DNA from: a bacterium
GTDB taxonomy: Bacteria > Patescibacteriota > Doudnabacteria > UBA920
DNA length: 61,203 nucleotides
Assembly: GCA_021791515.1 (NCBI GenBank)
Contig: JAJYWK010000012.1
Location: forward strand, 1-61,203
Direction of reading: 5' to 3'
Shown here: positions 18,178 to 27,773 of the stretch, piece by piece
Layout: the number at the start of each line of letters is the position of its first letter
Position numbering within the stretch: the first letter of the stretch is position 1
Notes under the pieces: model-generated
The model's input: the letters and a program-made list of their open reading frames with translations, nothing else
Databases searched by the model: none
What the model was told of the DNA's origin: nothing
Made by a program: the position numbers and the translations under genes

Positions 18178-18422
18178 ATATAGCTTATTCCTTATAGTCT
18201 CCCTCTCCAATTCATGGAGAGGGAAATTTCGCGTTAGCGAAATGGGGAGAGGTTAAATCCTTGGGTTCAAACCTCTCTGTCCAGCTCCACTTTCTATCGG
18301 TTATTTATCTTCTTATTAACAATCTTTCCTAATGATGATTATTAACCTCTATTCTATAACCTTCAGAAAGTGGGACTGGACATCTCCCCATGCTTTGGGG
18401 AGAAAAATATTGAATGGTCTAT
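18178..18422 (-). repeat. Intercistronic mosaic hairpin element, long form (class II)
   Basis: Fills the rplX-stop to rplE-start gap. Confidence 0.95.
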
Positions 18423-18740
18423 TTATACTGCCTTACCACTCGCCTTAGCTATTCTCTGCTTTGAACCGTTTTCTAAAAATACAAAATGTACTCTGGAAGG
18501 CTGGCCGGAATTAGGATCCAATAGCATGACTTTAGACGCTGGAAAAGCTGCAAAAAAAGTTATCTTTTTTCCACCCTCGCCGCTTCTTTTGGCTTTCTCA
18601 AAACGGGTGTGCGTATTTACGTTCTCTACTACCAGCTTGCCTGCTTTGGGCAGAACCTTTATAACTTTTCCGGTCTTTCCCTTGTCTTTTCCGGAAAGCA
18701 CTTTTACGGTATCGCCTTTTTTAATTCGTAATTTGTTCAT
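18423..18740 (-). CDS. rplX: 50S ribosomal protein L24
   Basis: KIKKGDTVKVLSGKDKGKTGKV. Confidence 0.92.
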   Translation of the reverse strand: MNKLRIKKGDTVKVLSGKDKGKTGKVIKVLPKAGKLVVENVNTHTRFEKAKRSGEGGKKITFFAAFPASKVMLLDPNSGQPSRVHFVFLENGSKQRIAKASGKAV

Positions 18741-18818
18741 AACTAGATAATTAGTTGGTTAGAGAATTAGAGAAATAGACTTTACTAATTCTCTGTCTCT
18801 CTAATTTTCTGACTCTTT

Positions 18819-19220
18819 CTATATTACTTCCGGAGCTAAGGATAAAATCTTCTTAAACCCATCTTCGTAATAACCTTTTGCCATATCGCGAATCTCTCTG
18901 GGGATGGGCCCAAAAATACGGGTACCGAGCATTTCGTAGTTGCCTTTGGCGTCTTTTTTTACCAATACCCCGGCATTCTCATCAAAGCGGATGTAAGAAC
19001 CGTCTTTGCGGCGGGTTTCTTTGCGCAAACGCACAATCACCGCATAAACTTTATCACCTTTTTTATAAGCGCCGTTCGGAGCGCAAACCCTTACCGATCC
19101 GGCCACCACGTCGCCCACTCTGGCAAAACGGTTGCTGTTCTTGCCGTTTACGCTAAAAACATTAACGACTTTCGCGCCTGTGTTGTCCGCTATTTTAATG
19201 TAGGAACGTACTTGTAACAT
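18819..19220 (-). CDS. rplN: 50S ribosomal protein L14
   Basis: IKIADNTGAK..., operon position. Confidence 0.92.
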   Translation of the reverse strand: MLQVRSYIKIADNTGAKVVNVFSVNGKNSNRFARVGDVVAGSVRVCAPNGAYKKGDKVYAVIVRLRKETRRKDGSYIRFDENAGVLVKKDAKGNYEMLGTRIFGPIPREIRDMAKGYYEDGFKKILSLAPEVI

Positions 19221-19306
19221 AGAATTAATTCAAAATTTAAATATCAAAGTGTAAAATGTAGTTGTCGCTTCGCGACTCTATAATTTTGCATTTTGATTTT
19301 TGCATT

Positions 19307-19552
19307 TTACATTTTCTGAATAACCTTAAACTTCTTCTCTTTACTTATCGGCCTTATTGATTCAATAGTAACTCGATCGCCGACTTTATACTCATTATTT
19401 TCATCATGCGCCTTGAACCTCTTCGAAACCGTGTAGGATTTTTTGTACTTGGAATGGCGCTTTTTAATATCAACCTTGACCACAACAGTCTTGGTCATTT
19501 TATCGGAAACCACCGTACCAATTAATTGCTGTTTTTTGATAGATGTTGTCAT
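19307..19552 (-). CDS. rpsQ: 30S ribosomal protein S17
   Basis: GTVVSDKMTKTVVVKV. Confidence 0.92.
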   Translation of the reverse strand: MTTSIKKQQLIGTVVSDKMTKTVVVKVDIKKRHSKYKKSYTVSKRFKAHDENNEYKVGDRVTIESIRPISKEKKFKVIQKM

Positions 19553-19563
19553 ATTCTTGATAC

Positions 19564-19764
19564 TTACTGCTTACTGCTTACTGCTTTTGAATGTAAATAA
19601 GTCATTATTCTGGCAATGTCTTTTTTGACCACTCCGAGCTCATGGGTATTCTTTAGCTGATTAAGCCGGATTTTAACCCCTAAATCCTGCGCCTTTTCTT
19701 TCAATTCCAAAAGCAGGTTCTTAATTTCAGCGTCTGATTTAGTTTTCAGTTCTTTAAAATTCAT
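19564..19764 (-). CDS. rpmC: 50S ribosomal protein L29
   Basis: 66 aa, ELKTKSDAEIKNLLLELK, operon position. Confidence 0.88.
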   Translation of the reverse strand: MNFKELKTKSDAEIKNLLLELKEKAQDLGVKIRLNQLKNTHELGVVKKDIARIMTYLHSKAVSSKQ

Positions 19765-20007
19765 AATAGCTTATTCCTTATAGTCTCCCTCTCCAATTCA
19801 CGGAGAGGGAAATTTCGCGTTAGCGAAATGGGGAGAGGTTAAATCCTTGGGTTCAAACCTCTCTGTCCAGCTCCACTTTCTATCGGTTATTTATCTTCTT
19901 ATTAACAATCTTTCCTAATGATGATTATTAACCTCTATTCTATAACCTTCAGAAAGTGGGACTGGACATCTCCCCATGCTTTGGGGAGAAAAATAATGTG
20001 CTTCGCG
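19765..20007 (-). repeat. Intercistronic mosaic hairpin element, long form (class II)
   Basis: Fills the rplP-stop to rpmC-start gap. Confidence 0.95.
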
Positions 20008-20424
20008 CTATCCCTGTTTCTCCTTCTCCAAAAATTTACTCTTTACCGGCAGTTTATAGCTGGCCAATCTCATGGCTTCCTGTGCCTGGTCCCGGGTTAC
20101 GCCGTCCATTTCAAACAAAATTTTCCCGCGTTTGACAACAGATACAAAATGATCCACCGCGCCTTTACCGCCACCCATAGGGCTCTCGTTTCCGTGCAAG
20201 GTGACCGGCTTGTCCGCAAACACACGGATCCAAATCTTTCCGCCTCTTTGCACGTAGCGGGTCATGGCTCGCCTGGCCGCTTCAATCTGCCTGGCTGTAA
20301 CCCAAGAACTTTCGGTGGCTTTAAGCGCAAACTGCCCAAAAGCAATCTGCTCGCCGGCCGAGGCCTGTCCTTTGGTATGACCGCGATGATGCTTGCGGTG
20401 TTTAAGTTTCTTAGGGATGAACAT
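20008..20424 (-). CDS. rplP: 50S ribosomal protein L16
   Basis: [15 protein letters not shown]. Confidence 0.93.
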   Translation of the reverse strand: MFIPKKLKHRKHHRGHTKGQASAGEQIAFGQFALKATESSWVTARQIEAARRAMTRYVQRGGKIWIRVFADKPVTLHGNESPMGGGKGAVDHFVSVVKRGKILFEMDGVTRDQAQEAMRLASYKLPVKSKFLEKEKQG

Positions 20425-20555
20425 ATATCTTTACAATCAATTTCTTAATTTCTATTAATTTCGCGAAAGCCGAAGGCTTGAACTAATTTCATAATAATAT
20501 TGATAGAAATTTGTTCGCCTTTCAGGCTCACGAAATTTGGAAATTGTCTTGAATA

Positions 20556-21206
20556 TTAAACCTTCTGCCTTTCTTCAAACTTATCTCCCTTATAAATCCA
20601 AATCTTTACGCCCACGGTTCCATATGTAGTAAATGCGGTGCTTCTGGCAAAATCAATGTCAGCCCTTAAAGTGTGAAGCGGAATTTTTCCGGAAGACAAA
20701 TGTTCGGTTCTGGCAATGTCCGCGCCGTTAAGCCTGCCGCCAATTGCTACTTTTGCTCCTTTGGCCCCCGCGTTCATTATCTGCTCCAAAGACTGCTTCA
20801 TCAGTTTTCTAAATGCCACGCGCTTTTCCAACTGCTCTACAATTCCGTTGGCTATTACCTGGGCCTGCAAATTAATGTCCCTTACTTCTTCAATGTTGAC
20901 TTTAAGTTCTTTTTTAATGCCAAGCTTGTTCTTTATCTTCTTTTTTAATTCTTCAATTCCGGCTCCGCCTTTGCCAATAATCAGTCCCGGTTTGGTGGTC
21001 TTTACTATTACCGTGATAGTACCATCATTTAAGCGCTCAATGTCAATTCTAACCAAGCCCGCTTTTTTGAGATGTTTTTCCAAATATTCGCGAATCCTCA
21101 CGTCATCCTGCAGTTGCTTGGCAAAACCGTGCCTTGCAAACCACCTGGATTTCCAGGATTCGGTAATATTAAGCCGTAATGAAGTTGGATTAATCTTATG
21201 TCCCAT
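20556..21206 (-). CDS. rpsC: 30S ribosomal protein S3
   Basis: MGHKINPTSLRL. Start at the internal ATG. Confidence 0.92.
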   Translation of the reverse strand: MGHKINPTSLRLNITESWKSRWFARHGFAKQLQDDVRIREYLEKHLKKAGLVRIDIERLNDGTITVIVKTTKPGLIIGKGGAGIEELKKKIKNKLGIKKELKVNIEEVRDINLQAQVIANGIVEQLEKRVAFRKLMKQSLEQIMNAGAKGAKVAIGGRLNGADIARTEHLSSGKIPLHTLRADIDFARSTAFTTYGTVGVKIWIYKGDKFEERQKV

Positions 21207-21375
21207 ATATAGCTTATTCCTTATTCTCTCCCTCTCCAAGACTTGGGGAGGGAAATTCCACCGAAGGTGGAATGGGGAGAGGTTGATATTAATTTAACCG
21301 TTCAAACCTCTCTGCCCTCGCTTCGATCGGGCATCTCCCCAAGCTTTGGGGAGAATTATAATGAATTTTCTATGT
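21207..21375 (-). repeat. Intercistronic mosaic hairpin element, short form (class III)
   Basis: Fills the rplV-stop to rpsC-start gap. Confidence 0.9.
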
Positions 21376-21960
21376 TTATTCTCCACTCTTTCTATTAAAT
21401 AACCTTCTCTTATTCGCTGCCTTGCTCAATTTCATTTGCTGTTCGGTCGTCTTGCCGACCTCGCTGTGTCTGCCCATTTCCTTTGGCGCTTTTTTGGCCG
21501 CCGCGTCCGCTTTGTCTGCATTTTCGGAAGTTTGTTCTTTCTTGTCTTCCACTTTCTTTAAGAAGCTCATTTTGGTCTTGCTGGCTTTGCCTTTCTTTCT
21601 TTCTTCCAGTACCAAATTTACATGGCAAAGTTTTCTGCGAATTACAAAAGCGCTTCCGCGGGCCCGGGGAAAATACCGCTTCATGGTTTGCCCCATGTCC
21701 GTGGAAATGCTCTTAATAAAAAGATGTTCGGGTGAAAGCGAAAAATTATTTTTGGCGTTGGCAATGGCGGATTTAATTAACCTGATGAGTAGCGGCGCAG
21801 CCTTTTTGTTGGCATGCTGCAATTGGACAATCGCGTCAACCGCGTTCATCCCGCTCACTAAACCGGTCACCAGGCGCATCTTTCTCGGGGCAATTCTAAG
21901 CTGACGGGCAGAAGCTCGGACTAATTTTGGAGATTCGGTTGTGGATGTCTTATTGGCCAT
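21376..21960 (-). CDS. rplV: 50S ribosomal protein L22 with ~75-aa Lys-rich C-terminal extension
   Basis: ASARQLRIAPRKMRLV core; 194 aa total. Confidence 0.9.
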   Translation of the reverse strand: MANKTSTTESPKLVRASARQLRIAPRKMRLVTGLVSGMNAVDAIVQLQHANKKAAPLLIRLIKSAIANAKNNFSLSPEHLFIKSISTDMGQTMKRYFPRARGSAFVIRRKLCHVNLVLEERKKGKASKTKMSFLKKVEDKKEQTSENADKADAAAKKAPKEMGRHSEVGKTTEQQMKLSKAANKRRLFNRKSGE

Positions 21961-21997
21961 TACTTTATAAACTTTATAACTTTATGAACTTGATAAA

Positions 21998-22330
21998 CTA
22001 TTTCTTTTCCGGCTCTTTCGCCGCATTCAGCTTTGCCTTTTCCGCTTCCGCTGCCGCGGCTTCCTGTTCTTTGGCCATCTTACCGCCGTGGCGGGTAAAT
22101 TTGCGGGTTGGGGAAAATTCGCCTAGCTTATGTCCGACCATATTTTCCGTAACAAATACCGGGGTGTGCGCCCTGCCGTTGTGCACCAAAAAAGTAAAGC
22201 CTACAAATTCAGGCGCAATAGAGCAAGCGCGGGACCAAGTTTTAATTTGATCCTTGCCTGCCTTGCCGTTCTGTACTTTCTTAAGTACTCGCGGGTCTAC
22301 GTATGGTCCTTTTTTAGAACTTCTTGACAT
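21998..22330 (-). CDS. rpsS: 30S ribosomal protein S19 (C-terminal Ala/Lys/Glu tail)
   Basis: [12 protein letters not shown]. Confidence 0.92.
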   Translation of the reverse strand: MSRSSKKGPYVDPRVLKKVQNGKAGKDQIKTWSRACSIAPEFVGFTFLVHNGRAHTPVFVTENMVGHKLGEFSPTRKFTRHGGKMAKEQEAAAAEAEKAKLNAAKEPEKK

Positions 22331-22426
22331 AAATGTAATACGAAACTACTAATTAAATACGAACCTGCGAAATGTTATGCGAAATTTCGAATTATTTTCG
22401 TTGTTTCGCATGCGCATTTTCGCATG

Positions 22427-23263
22427 CTACTTGCTTCTCCTTTGCACTATCATCTGATTAGAATATTTCTTCTTTAATCTCGTCTTAACCCCTAACGCAT
22501 GCTTGCCCCACGGGGTTTTTGGATATTTCATACCAATTGGGTTGTGTCCTTCACCACCACCGTGCGGGTGATCTACCGGGTTCATAACTTTGCCGCGAAC
22601 GGTCGGCCGCCAGCCCATATTGCGCATCCGGCCTGCCTTGCCGATTCTCACATTCATCCAATCTTGGTTCGCCAACTGGCCAACTGTGGCCAATGCCTCT
22701 TCTTTTACTTTACGAATTTCGCTGCTGGGAAGTTTAAGCAACGCGTACCCGCCTTCCAGCGTCTGTAGTGTAGCATATCCGCCGGCGCTGCGCGCGATTT
22801 TGCCGCCCTGTCCTGGAATCAATTCAATGTCGTGGATTAATGTTCCAACCGGAATATTTTTTAAAGCCAATCGGTTGCCGGGCAAAATTTCCGCTGTCTC
22901 GCCGTACATAACTTTATCGCCGACTTTCATGCCCTGCGCGGTTAACATATAGCGTTTACTGCCGTCTTTATAGGAAATCAGGGAAATAAAGCTGCTTCTG
23001 GTCGGATCGTACTCAATGGTTAAAACTTTGGCTGGAATATTCTTTTTGTCGCTCCTGGAAAAATCCACAATCCGGTATTTGCGCTTGGCGCCGCCGCCTT
23101 GATGGCGCACGGTAATTTTGCCGCTGTTGTTGCGGCCGGCCGGCCTGGCTTTGCTTACAATCAAACCTTTGGGGGTTTTCTTGAATTTACGCAAAACCGA
23201 ATAATCCGTAACCGAATGGATACGTCTGCCTGCGCTGGTTGGTTTGTAGAGTTTTACGGCCAT
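22427..23263 (-). CDS. rplB: 50S ribosomal protein L2
   Basis: MAVKLYKPTSAGRR ... HPHGGGEG. Start at the internal ATG; the upstream 39 codons are repeat sequence. Confidence 0.92.
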   Translation of the reverse strand: MAVKLYKPTSAGRRIHSVTDYSVLRKFKKTPKGLIVSKARPAGRNNSGKITVRHQGGGAKRKYRIVDFSRSDKKNIPAKVLTIEYDPTRSSFISLISYKDGSKRYMLTAQGMKVGDKVMYGETAEILPGNRLALKNIPVGTLIHDIELIPGQGGKIARSAGGYATLQTLEGGYALLKLPSSEIRKVKEEALATVGQLANQDWMNVRIGKAGRMRNMGWRPTVRGKVMNPVDHPHGGGEGHNPIGMKYPKTPWGKHALGVKTRLKKKYSNQMIVQRRSK

Positions 23264-23408
23264 AAATAGATTATTCTTTATCGTATTTCCCCTCTCCAAT
23301 TCCTGGAGAGGGATCAGGGGAGAGGTTAAATACCTGGTTTCAAACCTCTCTGTCCCGCCTTCGGCGGGACATCTCCCCAAGCTTTGGGAGAAAAATAATG
23401 AATGAGCT
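23264..23408 (-). repeat. Intercistronic mosaic hairpin element, short form (class III)
   Basis: Fills the rplW-stop to rplB-start gap. Central hairpin GTCCCGCCTTCGGCGGGAC. Confidence 0.9.
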
Positions 23409-23807
23409 TTACACGACGTCTGTTAGTCCCTTAATTGTATCTCCCTTTTTCAGGGTCACTATTGCTTTTTTAAAACCGGAGGTTTTGCCCGCGATGCGTC
23501 CAAAATTCTTTAATTTCCCTTGGGTATTTACCATATTAACCTGAATAACCCGGACTTTATAATGCTTTTCCACCGCTTTTTTTACTTCCACTTTATTGGC
23601 GGATTTTAAAACGGCAAAAACATACTTATTCAAACTCACCAACTTGCCGGCTTTTTCGGAAATTCTGGGCTGTAATAAAACGGCCGGGATTTTGAGTTCA
23701 GGGACCTTATCAGATTTAGATGCATCCGAAGAAACGGCATCCAAAGCAGATGTTTCTTTTTTCTGATCATCTTTTTGATCATCGGATTTTTTTGAAAATA
23801 AGGCCAT
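23409..23807 (-). CDS. rplW: 50S ribosomal protein L23 with acidic N-terminal extension
   Basis: Operon position; C-terminal two thirds L23-like (LLQPRISEKA...KKAIVTL). Confidence 0.85.
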   Translation of the reverse strand: MALFSKKSDDQKDDQKKETSALDAVSSDASKSDKVPELKIPAVLLQPRISEKAGKLVSLNKYVFAVLKSANKVEVKKAVEKHYKVRVIQVNMVNTQGKLKNFGRIAGKTSGFKKAIVTLKKGDTIKGLTDVV

Positions 23808-23873
23808 GTCTCAAATTTAAAATATAAATATCAAAGTGTAAAATACGAGTGTTTTTGCGAAACAAAAACTCAT

Positions 23874-24545
23874 TTATTTTTCATTTTGATTTTTCAATTT
23901 TGCATTTTTTAAATAAACTTTCTCAATTACCGGCAATGAATCTTTTAAAACCAGCATCCTGTCTGCAGTCAATACATCCACCAAATTCAAGCTGTTAGCT
24001 AAAATAGTTTTAATCCCTTGCAAATTCTTTGTGCTTCTGACTAACGACGCTTCAGCCCTTGGTAAAACCAATAACTGCTTCTTTGCCGCTGTCTTAAAAG
24101 CCGTATTTAAATCGGTTAAAACTTTAACAAATTCTTTAGTCTTGCCTTTCTCTAACGCAATTTGTTCAATAACCACTAAAGCTTTATCCTTGGCTTTATC
24201 GGAAAGAGACATAAACAGCGCCTTGGTCTTGGCTTTCTTGTTGATTTTCAAAGTCCAGTTCTGATTAGCTCTCGGACCAAAAGTCACGCCGCCTTTGCGC
24301 CAGATTGGACTTCTAGTGGAACCCGCGCGCGCTCTGCCTGTGCCTTTTTGCTTCCAGGGTTTTCTACCGCCGCCGCGCACTTCGGCGCGGGTCTTGGTGT
24401 TGCTGGTGCCCTGGCGCGAATTGCTAAGCTGGATGCGTACCGCTTCAGCCAATAAATGCTCATTAGGCTTAACTTCAAAAATTCTTGAGTTTAACTCAAC
24501 GTCGCCCACCACTTCGCCTTTTTGGTTGTATAAGTTAACCTTCAT
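23874..24545 (-). CDS. rplD: 50S ribosomal protein L4
   Basis: MKVNLYNQKGE ... GGGRKPWKQKGTGRAR. Start at the internal ATG. Confidence 0.92.
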   Translation of the reverse strand: MKVNLYNQKGEVVGDVELNSRIFEVKPNEHLLAEAVRIQLSNSRQGTSNTKTRAEVRGGGRKPWKQKGTGRARAGSTRSPIWRKGGVTFGPRANQNWTLKINKKAKTKALFMSLSDKAKDKALVVIEQIALEKGKTKEFVKVLTDLNTAFKTAAKKQLLVLPRAEASLVRSTKNLQGIKTILANSLNLVDVLTADRMLVLKDSLPVIEKVYLKNAKLKNQNEK

Positions 24546-24616
24546 AAAACATGAATTATGAAGCATGAAGTTTGAAAAGCAAAATGTTGCGTGTTTCAAG
24601 TTTCATGTTTCATCGT

Positions 24617-25282
24617 TTATTTTTTCTTCTTTTCTTCCTTTACTGCTTCTACTCTTACCAACGGTTTAACTTTGCCTGTGGAAATAATTTTTACCCAACC
24701 GTTTCTGTGTCCGGGCACCGCGCCTTTTACGGAAATTAAATTCTTTTTGGCGTCAACTTCTACAATCTGCAAATTCTTTATGGTAACCTGCTCTACGCCC
24801 ATATGGCCGGCCATGCGCATGCCTTTTCTTACGTGCTGCGGGAATCTTTGCCCAATGGAACCGACACTGCGGGGTTTGTTATGTCCGTGGCTCATGGGGA
24901 AACCGTGGAAACCGTGGCGCTTCATAGCGCCGGCAAAGCCGCGGCCCTTGCTAATACCAATAGCATTAACCAATTCACCGGTTTTAAAACCGCTGATATC
25001 AATTTTTTGCCCTCGCTGATAAGCTTTTGCGTCTGAAACTCTAAATTCAGATAAAACAGCAAAAGTCCCCAAATCTTTAAGGTGCCCCTTTACAGATTTT
25101 GAGACTTTTTTTGTTTTTCCCACGCCAATTTGCACGGCATTATACTTATCCTTGCTTTCCAAGGATTTTACCTGGGTAATGGTCATGGGCGCGGCATGAA
25201 TAACGGTCAACGGCACAACTTCGCCGCTGGCTTCATCAAAATACTGGGACATATTAAGTTTTCTGCCAATCAGAAAATTCAT
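24617..25282 (-). CDS. rplC: 50S ribosomal protein L3
   Basis: FKTGELVNAIGISKGRGFAG. Confidence 0.92.
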   Translation of the reverse strand: MNFLIGRKLNMSQYFDEASGEVVPLTVIHAAPMTITQVKSLESKDKYNAVQIGVGKTKKVSKSVKGHLKDLGTFAVLSEFRVSDAKAYQRGQKIDISGFKTGELVNAIGISKGRGFAGAMKRHGFHGFPMSHGHNKPRSVGSIGQRFPQHVRKGMRMAGHMGVEQVTIKNLQIVEVDAKKNLISVKGAVPGHRNGWVKIISTGKVKPLVRVEAVKEEKKKK

Positions 25283-25542
25283 AAAATATATAATACGAAA
25301 CTACGAAATGTATTCGAATCTGCGAAATTATATACGAAACAGGTTTTCGTAGTATTTTCGCAGTTTCGTATTTCAATTTTCGCATTTTAAAAGCGGGCCA
25401 ATTCGCCCGCATAAACAATGACAGCAACCTGTCTTTGGCTATCCGCGCAAATCGTTTTCTCGTCGGTTGACCATTTTTGGTTTGGCCAACAAGAACTAAT
25501 TTACTTTCCATGATTCATGATTCAAACTTCATGATTCATGTT

Positions 25543-25866
25543 TTATGACATTTTTATCTCTACATCCACCCCAGCCGGTAAATTCAAGTTGGTAAGAGAA
25601 TCTATGGTTTTTGGAGTTGCGTTCACAATATCAATCAAACGCTTATGAACTCGCATCTCAAACTGCTCGCGGCTGTCTTTGTGCACAAAAGTGGAGCGAA
25701 GAACCGTATACTTGGTCTTTTCGGTAGGAAGTGGGATAGGTCCGGAAATAGACGCGCCGGTCCGCTTGGCGGTATCGACAATTTGTTTAGAGCTTTGGTC
25801 AATTAGCTTATGATCATAAGCTCTGATTTTTATGCGGATTTTAGGAGCTGCTACAGACTTATCCAT
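25543..25866 (-). CDS. rpsJ: 30S ribosomal protein S10
   Basis: [17 protein letters not shown]. Confidence 0.93.
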   Translation of the reverse strand: MDKSVAAPKIRIKIRAYDHKLIDQSSKQIVDTAKRTGASISGPIPLPTEKTKYTVLRSTFVHKDSREQFEMRVHKRLIDIVNATPKTIDSLTNLNLPAGVDVEIKMS

Positions 25867-25967
25867 TGTTAAGCTACGAGATTATTAACGATAATAAAAC
25901 GTGCTGTTTTCCGCGTGTTTTCCGCGTTGCTATCCGCGAGCAATCAGCGTTTTTAAGCACTTGCAAT

Positions 25968-25996
25968 ATTTTATATGAAGATTAGATTTTTGTCAA
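25968..25996 (-). promoter_or_regulatory. Sigma-70-type promoter for the S10 operon
   Basis: Minus strand: TTGACA (25996-25991), 17 nt, TAAAAT (25973-25968), ~95 nt upstream of rpsJ. Confidence 0.55.
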
Positions 25997-26022
25997 ACAT
26001 TTTACGCTAATTTTCCTTACTC

Positions 26023-26051
26023 TTGACAAAAACCTAAAAAAGTGCTATAAT
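26023..26051 (+). promoter_or_regulatory. Consensus sigma-70 promoter, divergent from the S10 promoter
   Basis: TTGACA (26023-26028), 17 nt, TATAAT (26046-26051). Confidence 0.6.
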
Positions 26052-26057
26052 ATATAA

Positions 26058-26113
26058 AGATTACTTCGGTTTTTTAGCAAAAATCCCCTGCCAACGGCGA
26101 TGGGGATTTTTGC
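26058..26113 (+). ncRNA. Candidate ~55-65-nt small RNA (promoter to intrinsic terminator)
   Basis: Consensus promoter immediately upstream. AAATCCCC(12 nt)GGGGATTT stem at 26081-26109, followed by TTTTGCTTTT. No ORF. Confidence 0.35.
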
Positions 26114-26147
26114 TTTTACTATTGCCTATTACCTAATCGCTAATAGA

Positions 26148-26198
26148 CTATTTGATTATTTTAGTAACTACACCAGCGCCTACTGTGTGACCGCCTCC
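26148..26198 (-). other. Diverged duplicate of the last ~16 codons plus stop of tuf
   Basis: Minus strand encodes [15 protein letters not shown], identical in amino acids to the tuf C-terminus but with many synonymous nucleotide differences. Confidence 0.8.
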
Positions 26199-26246
26199 CT
26201 CCTTCGCTAAAGCTACGGCGGGCAGGTCGCGAATGTAATCGTTAGA

Positions 26247-27437
26247 TTATTTTATAATCTTCGTGACCACACCTGCGCCTACGGTATGTCCACCCTCTCT
26301 AATAGCGAACTTGCCTTTTTCTTCCAAAGCAACTGGAGTAATTAATTTTACAACCAATTTTACGGTATCACCAGGCATAACCATTTCCTGGCCTTCCGGC
26401 AAGGTAACATCACCGGTTACGTCCGTAGTGCGAACATAGAATTGCGGCTTATATCCCTTAAAGAACGGAGTGTGGCGGCCGCCTTCTTCTTTGGTCAAAA
26501 TATAAACTTCGGTTTCAAATTCAGTGTGCGGGTTAATGGATCCCGGCTTGCACAAAACTTGTCCGCGTTCCACTTCGTCTTTCTTAGTACCGCGCAGGAG
26601 AATACCGGCGTTGTCCCCGGCCATACCGGAATCAAGCTGCTTGTTGAACATTTCAATACCGGTAACCACGGTTTTTTGAGTAGGCTTTAAACCTACAATT
26701 TCAATTTCTTCGTTAATCTTAACCTGGCCGCGTTCAATTCTGCCGGTGACCACGGTTCCTCTGCCTTCAATGGAGAAGATGTCTTCAATCGGCATCAAGA
26801 ACGGCTTATCAACTTCGCGTTTGGGGTCCGGGATATAGCTGTCCAAGGTTTCCATTAATTTCTTAATGGAGCCTTCGCCCATATCAGATGCATCCCCTTC
26901 CAAAGCTTTCAAAGCGCTGCCCCTGATAATCGGAGTGTCTTTGCCCGGGAATTCATACTTCGTGAGTAAATCGCGGATTTCTTCTTCTACCAAGTCCAAA
27001 AGTTCAGCGTCCTGAACCATATCGCACTTGTTCATATAAACCACAATGTAAGGCACGCCTACTTGGCGGGCTAACAGAATGTGCTCGCGGGTCTGCGGCA
27101 TGGGGCCGTCAGCGGCCGAAACTACCAAGATAGCGCCGTCCATTTGGGCCGCGCCGGTAATCATATTCTTAATGTAGTCGGCGTGTCCCGGACAGTCTAC
27201 GTGCGCGTAGTGGCGCTTATCTGTCTGATATTCAACGTGCGCGGTGTTAATGGTAATACCGCGGGCTTTTTCTTCCGGGGCATTGTCAATGCTGTCATAA
27301 GCGCGGGCTTTGGCGCCGCCGGTTTTGGCGAGCACCGTGGTGATGGCCGCGGTTAATGTAGTCTTACCGTGGTCAACGTGGCCAATAGTTCCCACGTTAA
27401 CGTGGGTTTTGCTACGGTCAAACTTTCCTTCTGCCAT
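26247..27437 (-). CDS. tuf: Elongation factor Tu
   Basis: [18 protein letters not shown]. Confidence 0.97.
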   Translation of the reverse strand: MAEGKFDRSKTHVNVGTIGHVDHGKTTLTAAITTVLAKTGGAKARAYDSIDNAPEEKARGITINTAHVEYQTDKRHYAHVDCPGHADYIKNMITGAAQMDGAILVVSAADGPMPQTREHILLARQVGVPYIVVYMNKCDMVQDAELLDLVEEEIRDLLTKYEFPGKDTPIIRGSALKALEGDASDMGEGSIKKLMETLDSYIPDPKREVDKPFLMPIEDIFSIEGRGTVVTGRIERGQVKINEEIEIVGLKPTQKTVVTGIEMFNKQLDSGMAGDNAGILLRGTKKDEVERGQVLCKPGSINPHTEFETEVYILTKEEGGRHTPFFKGYKPQFYVRTTDVTGDVTLPEGQEMVMPGDTVKLVVKLITPVALEEKGKFAIREGGHTVGAGVVTKIIK

Positions 27438-27773
27438 AAACTTTATACCTTTCTTTTTGATGAGTCAGTATGGATATTAATCCAATATGCCGATTCACCA
27501 ATCTGCCCGAGACCCCCTCACCGCTGCAGCGTATCGATCCGCCACAGTGCCGAGGGTATCTCTTTCTTTCCTTTCGGAATCCAGGGCAATAATTAATTTG
27601 TTAGTCAAAACTTATTTTAAAGATATTTAGCAGGTTTGTCAACCTACAATCCTAACACGGATATTACGGATTGGTCACGCCTGCCTGCCGGCAGGCAGGG
27701 AACTACTGATATCTGCGGATTTGATATCCGTAGTAATCCGTTTTTCCGTGTACAATCAGCAGATCCGTGTTAA

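Noticed and set aside
14414-20007. Regularly spaced ~230-nt repeats, considered as a CRISPR-like array
   Set aside because: The repeats are far too long and internally mosaic. The 'spacers' are full ribosomal-protein genes, and there are no cas genes.
25254-25511. An 85-aa ORF between rpsJ and rplC
   Set aside because: It runs through the TACGAAA word-repeat and a GCGGGC..GCCCGC hairpin and overlaps the rplC start. It has no SD and a repeat-derived composition.
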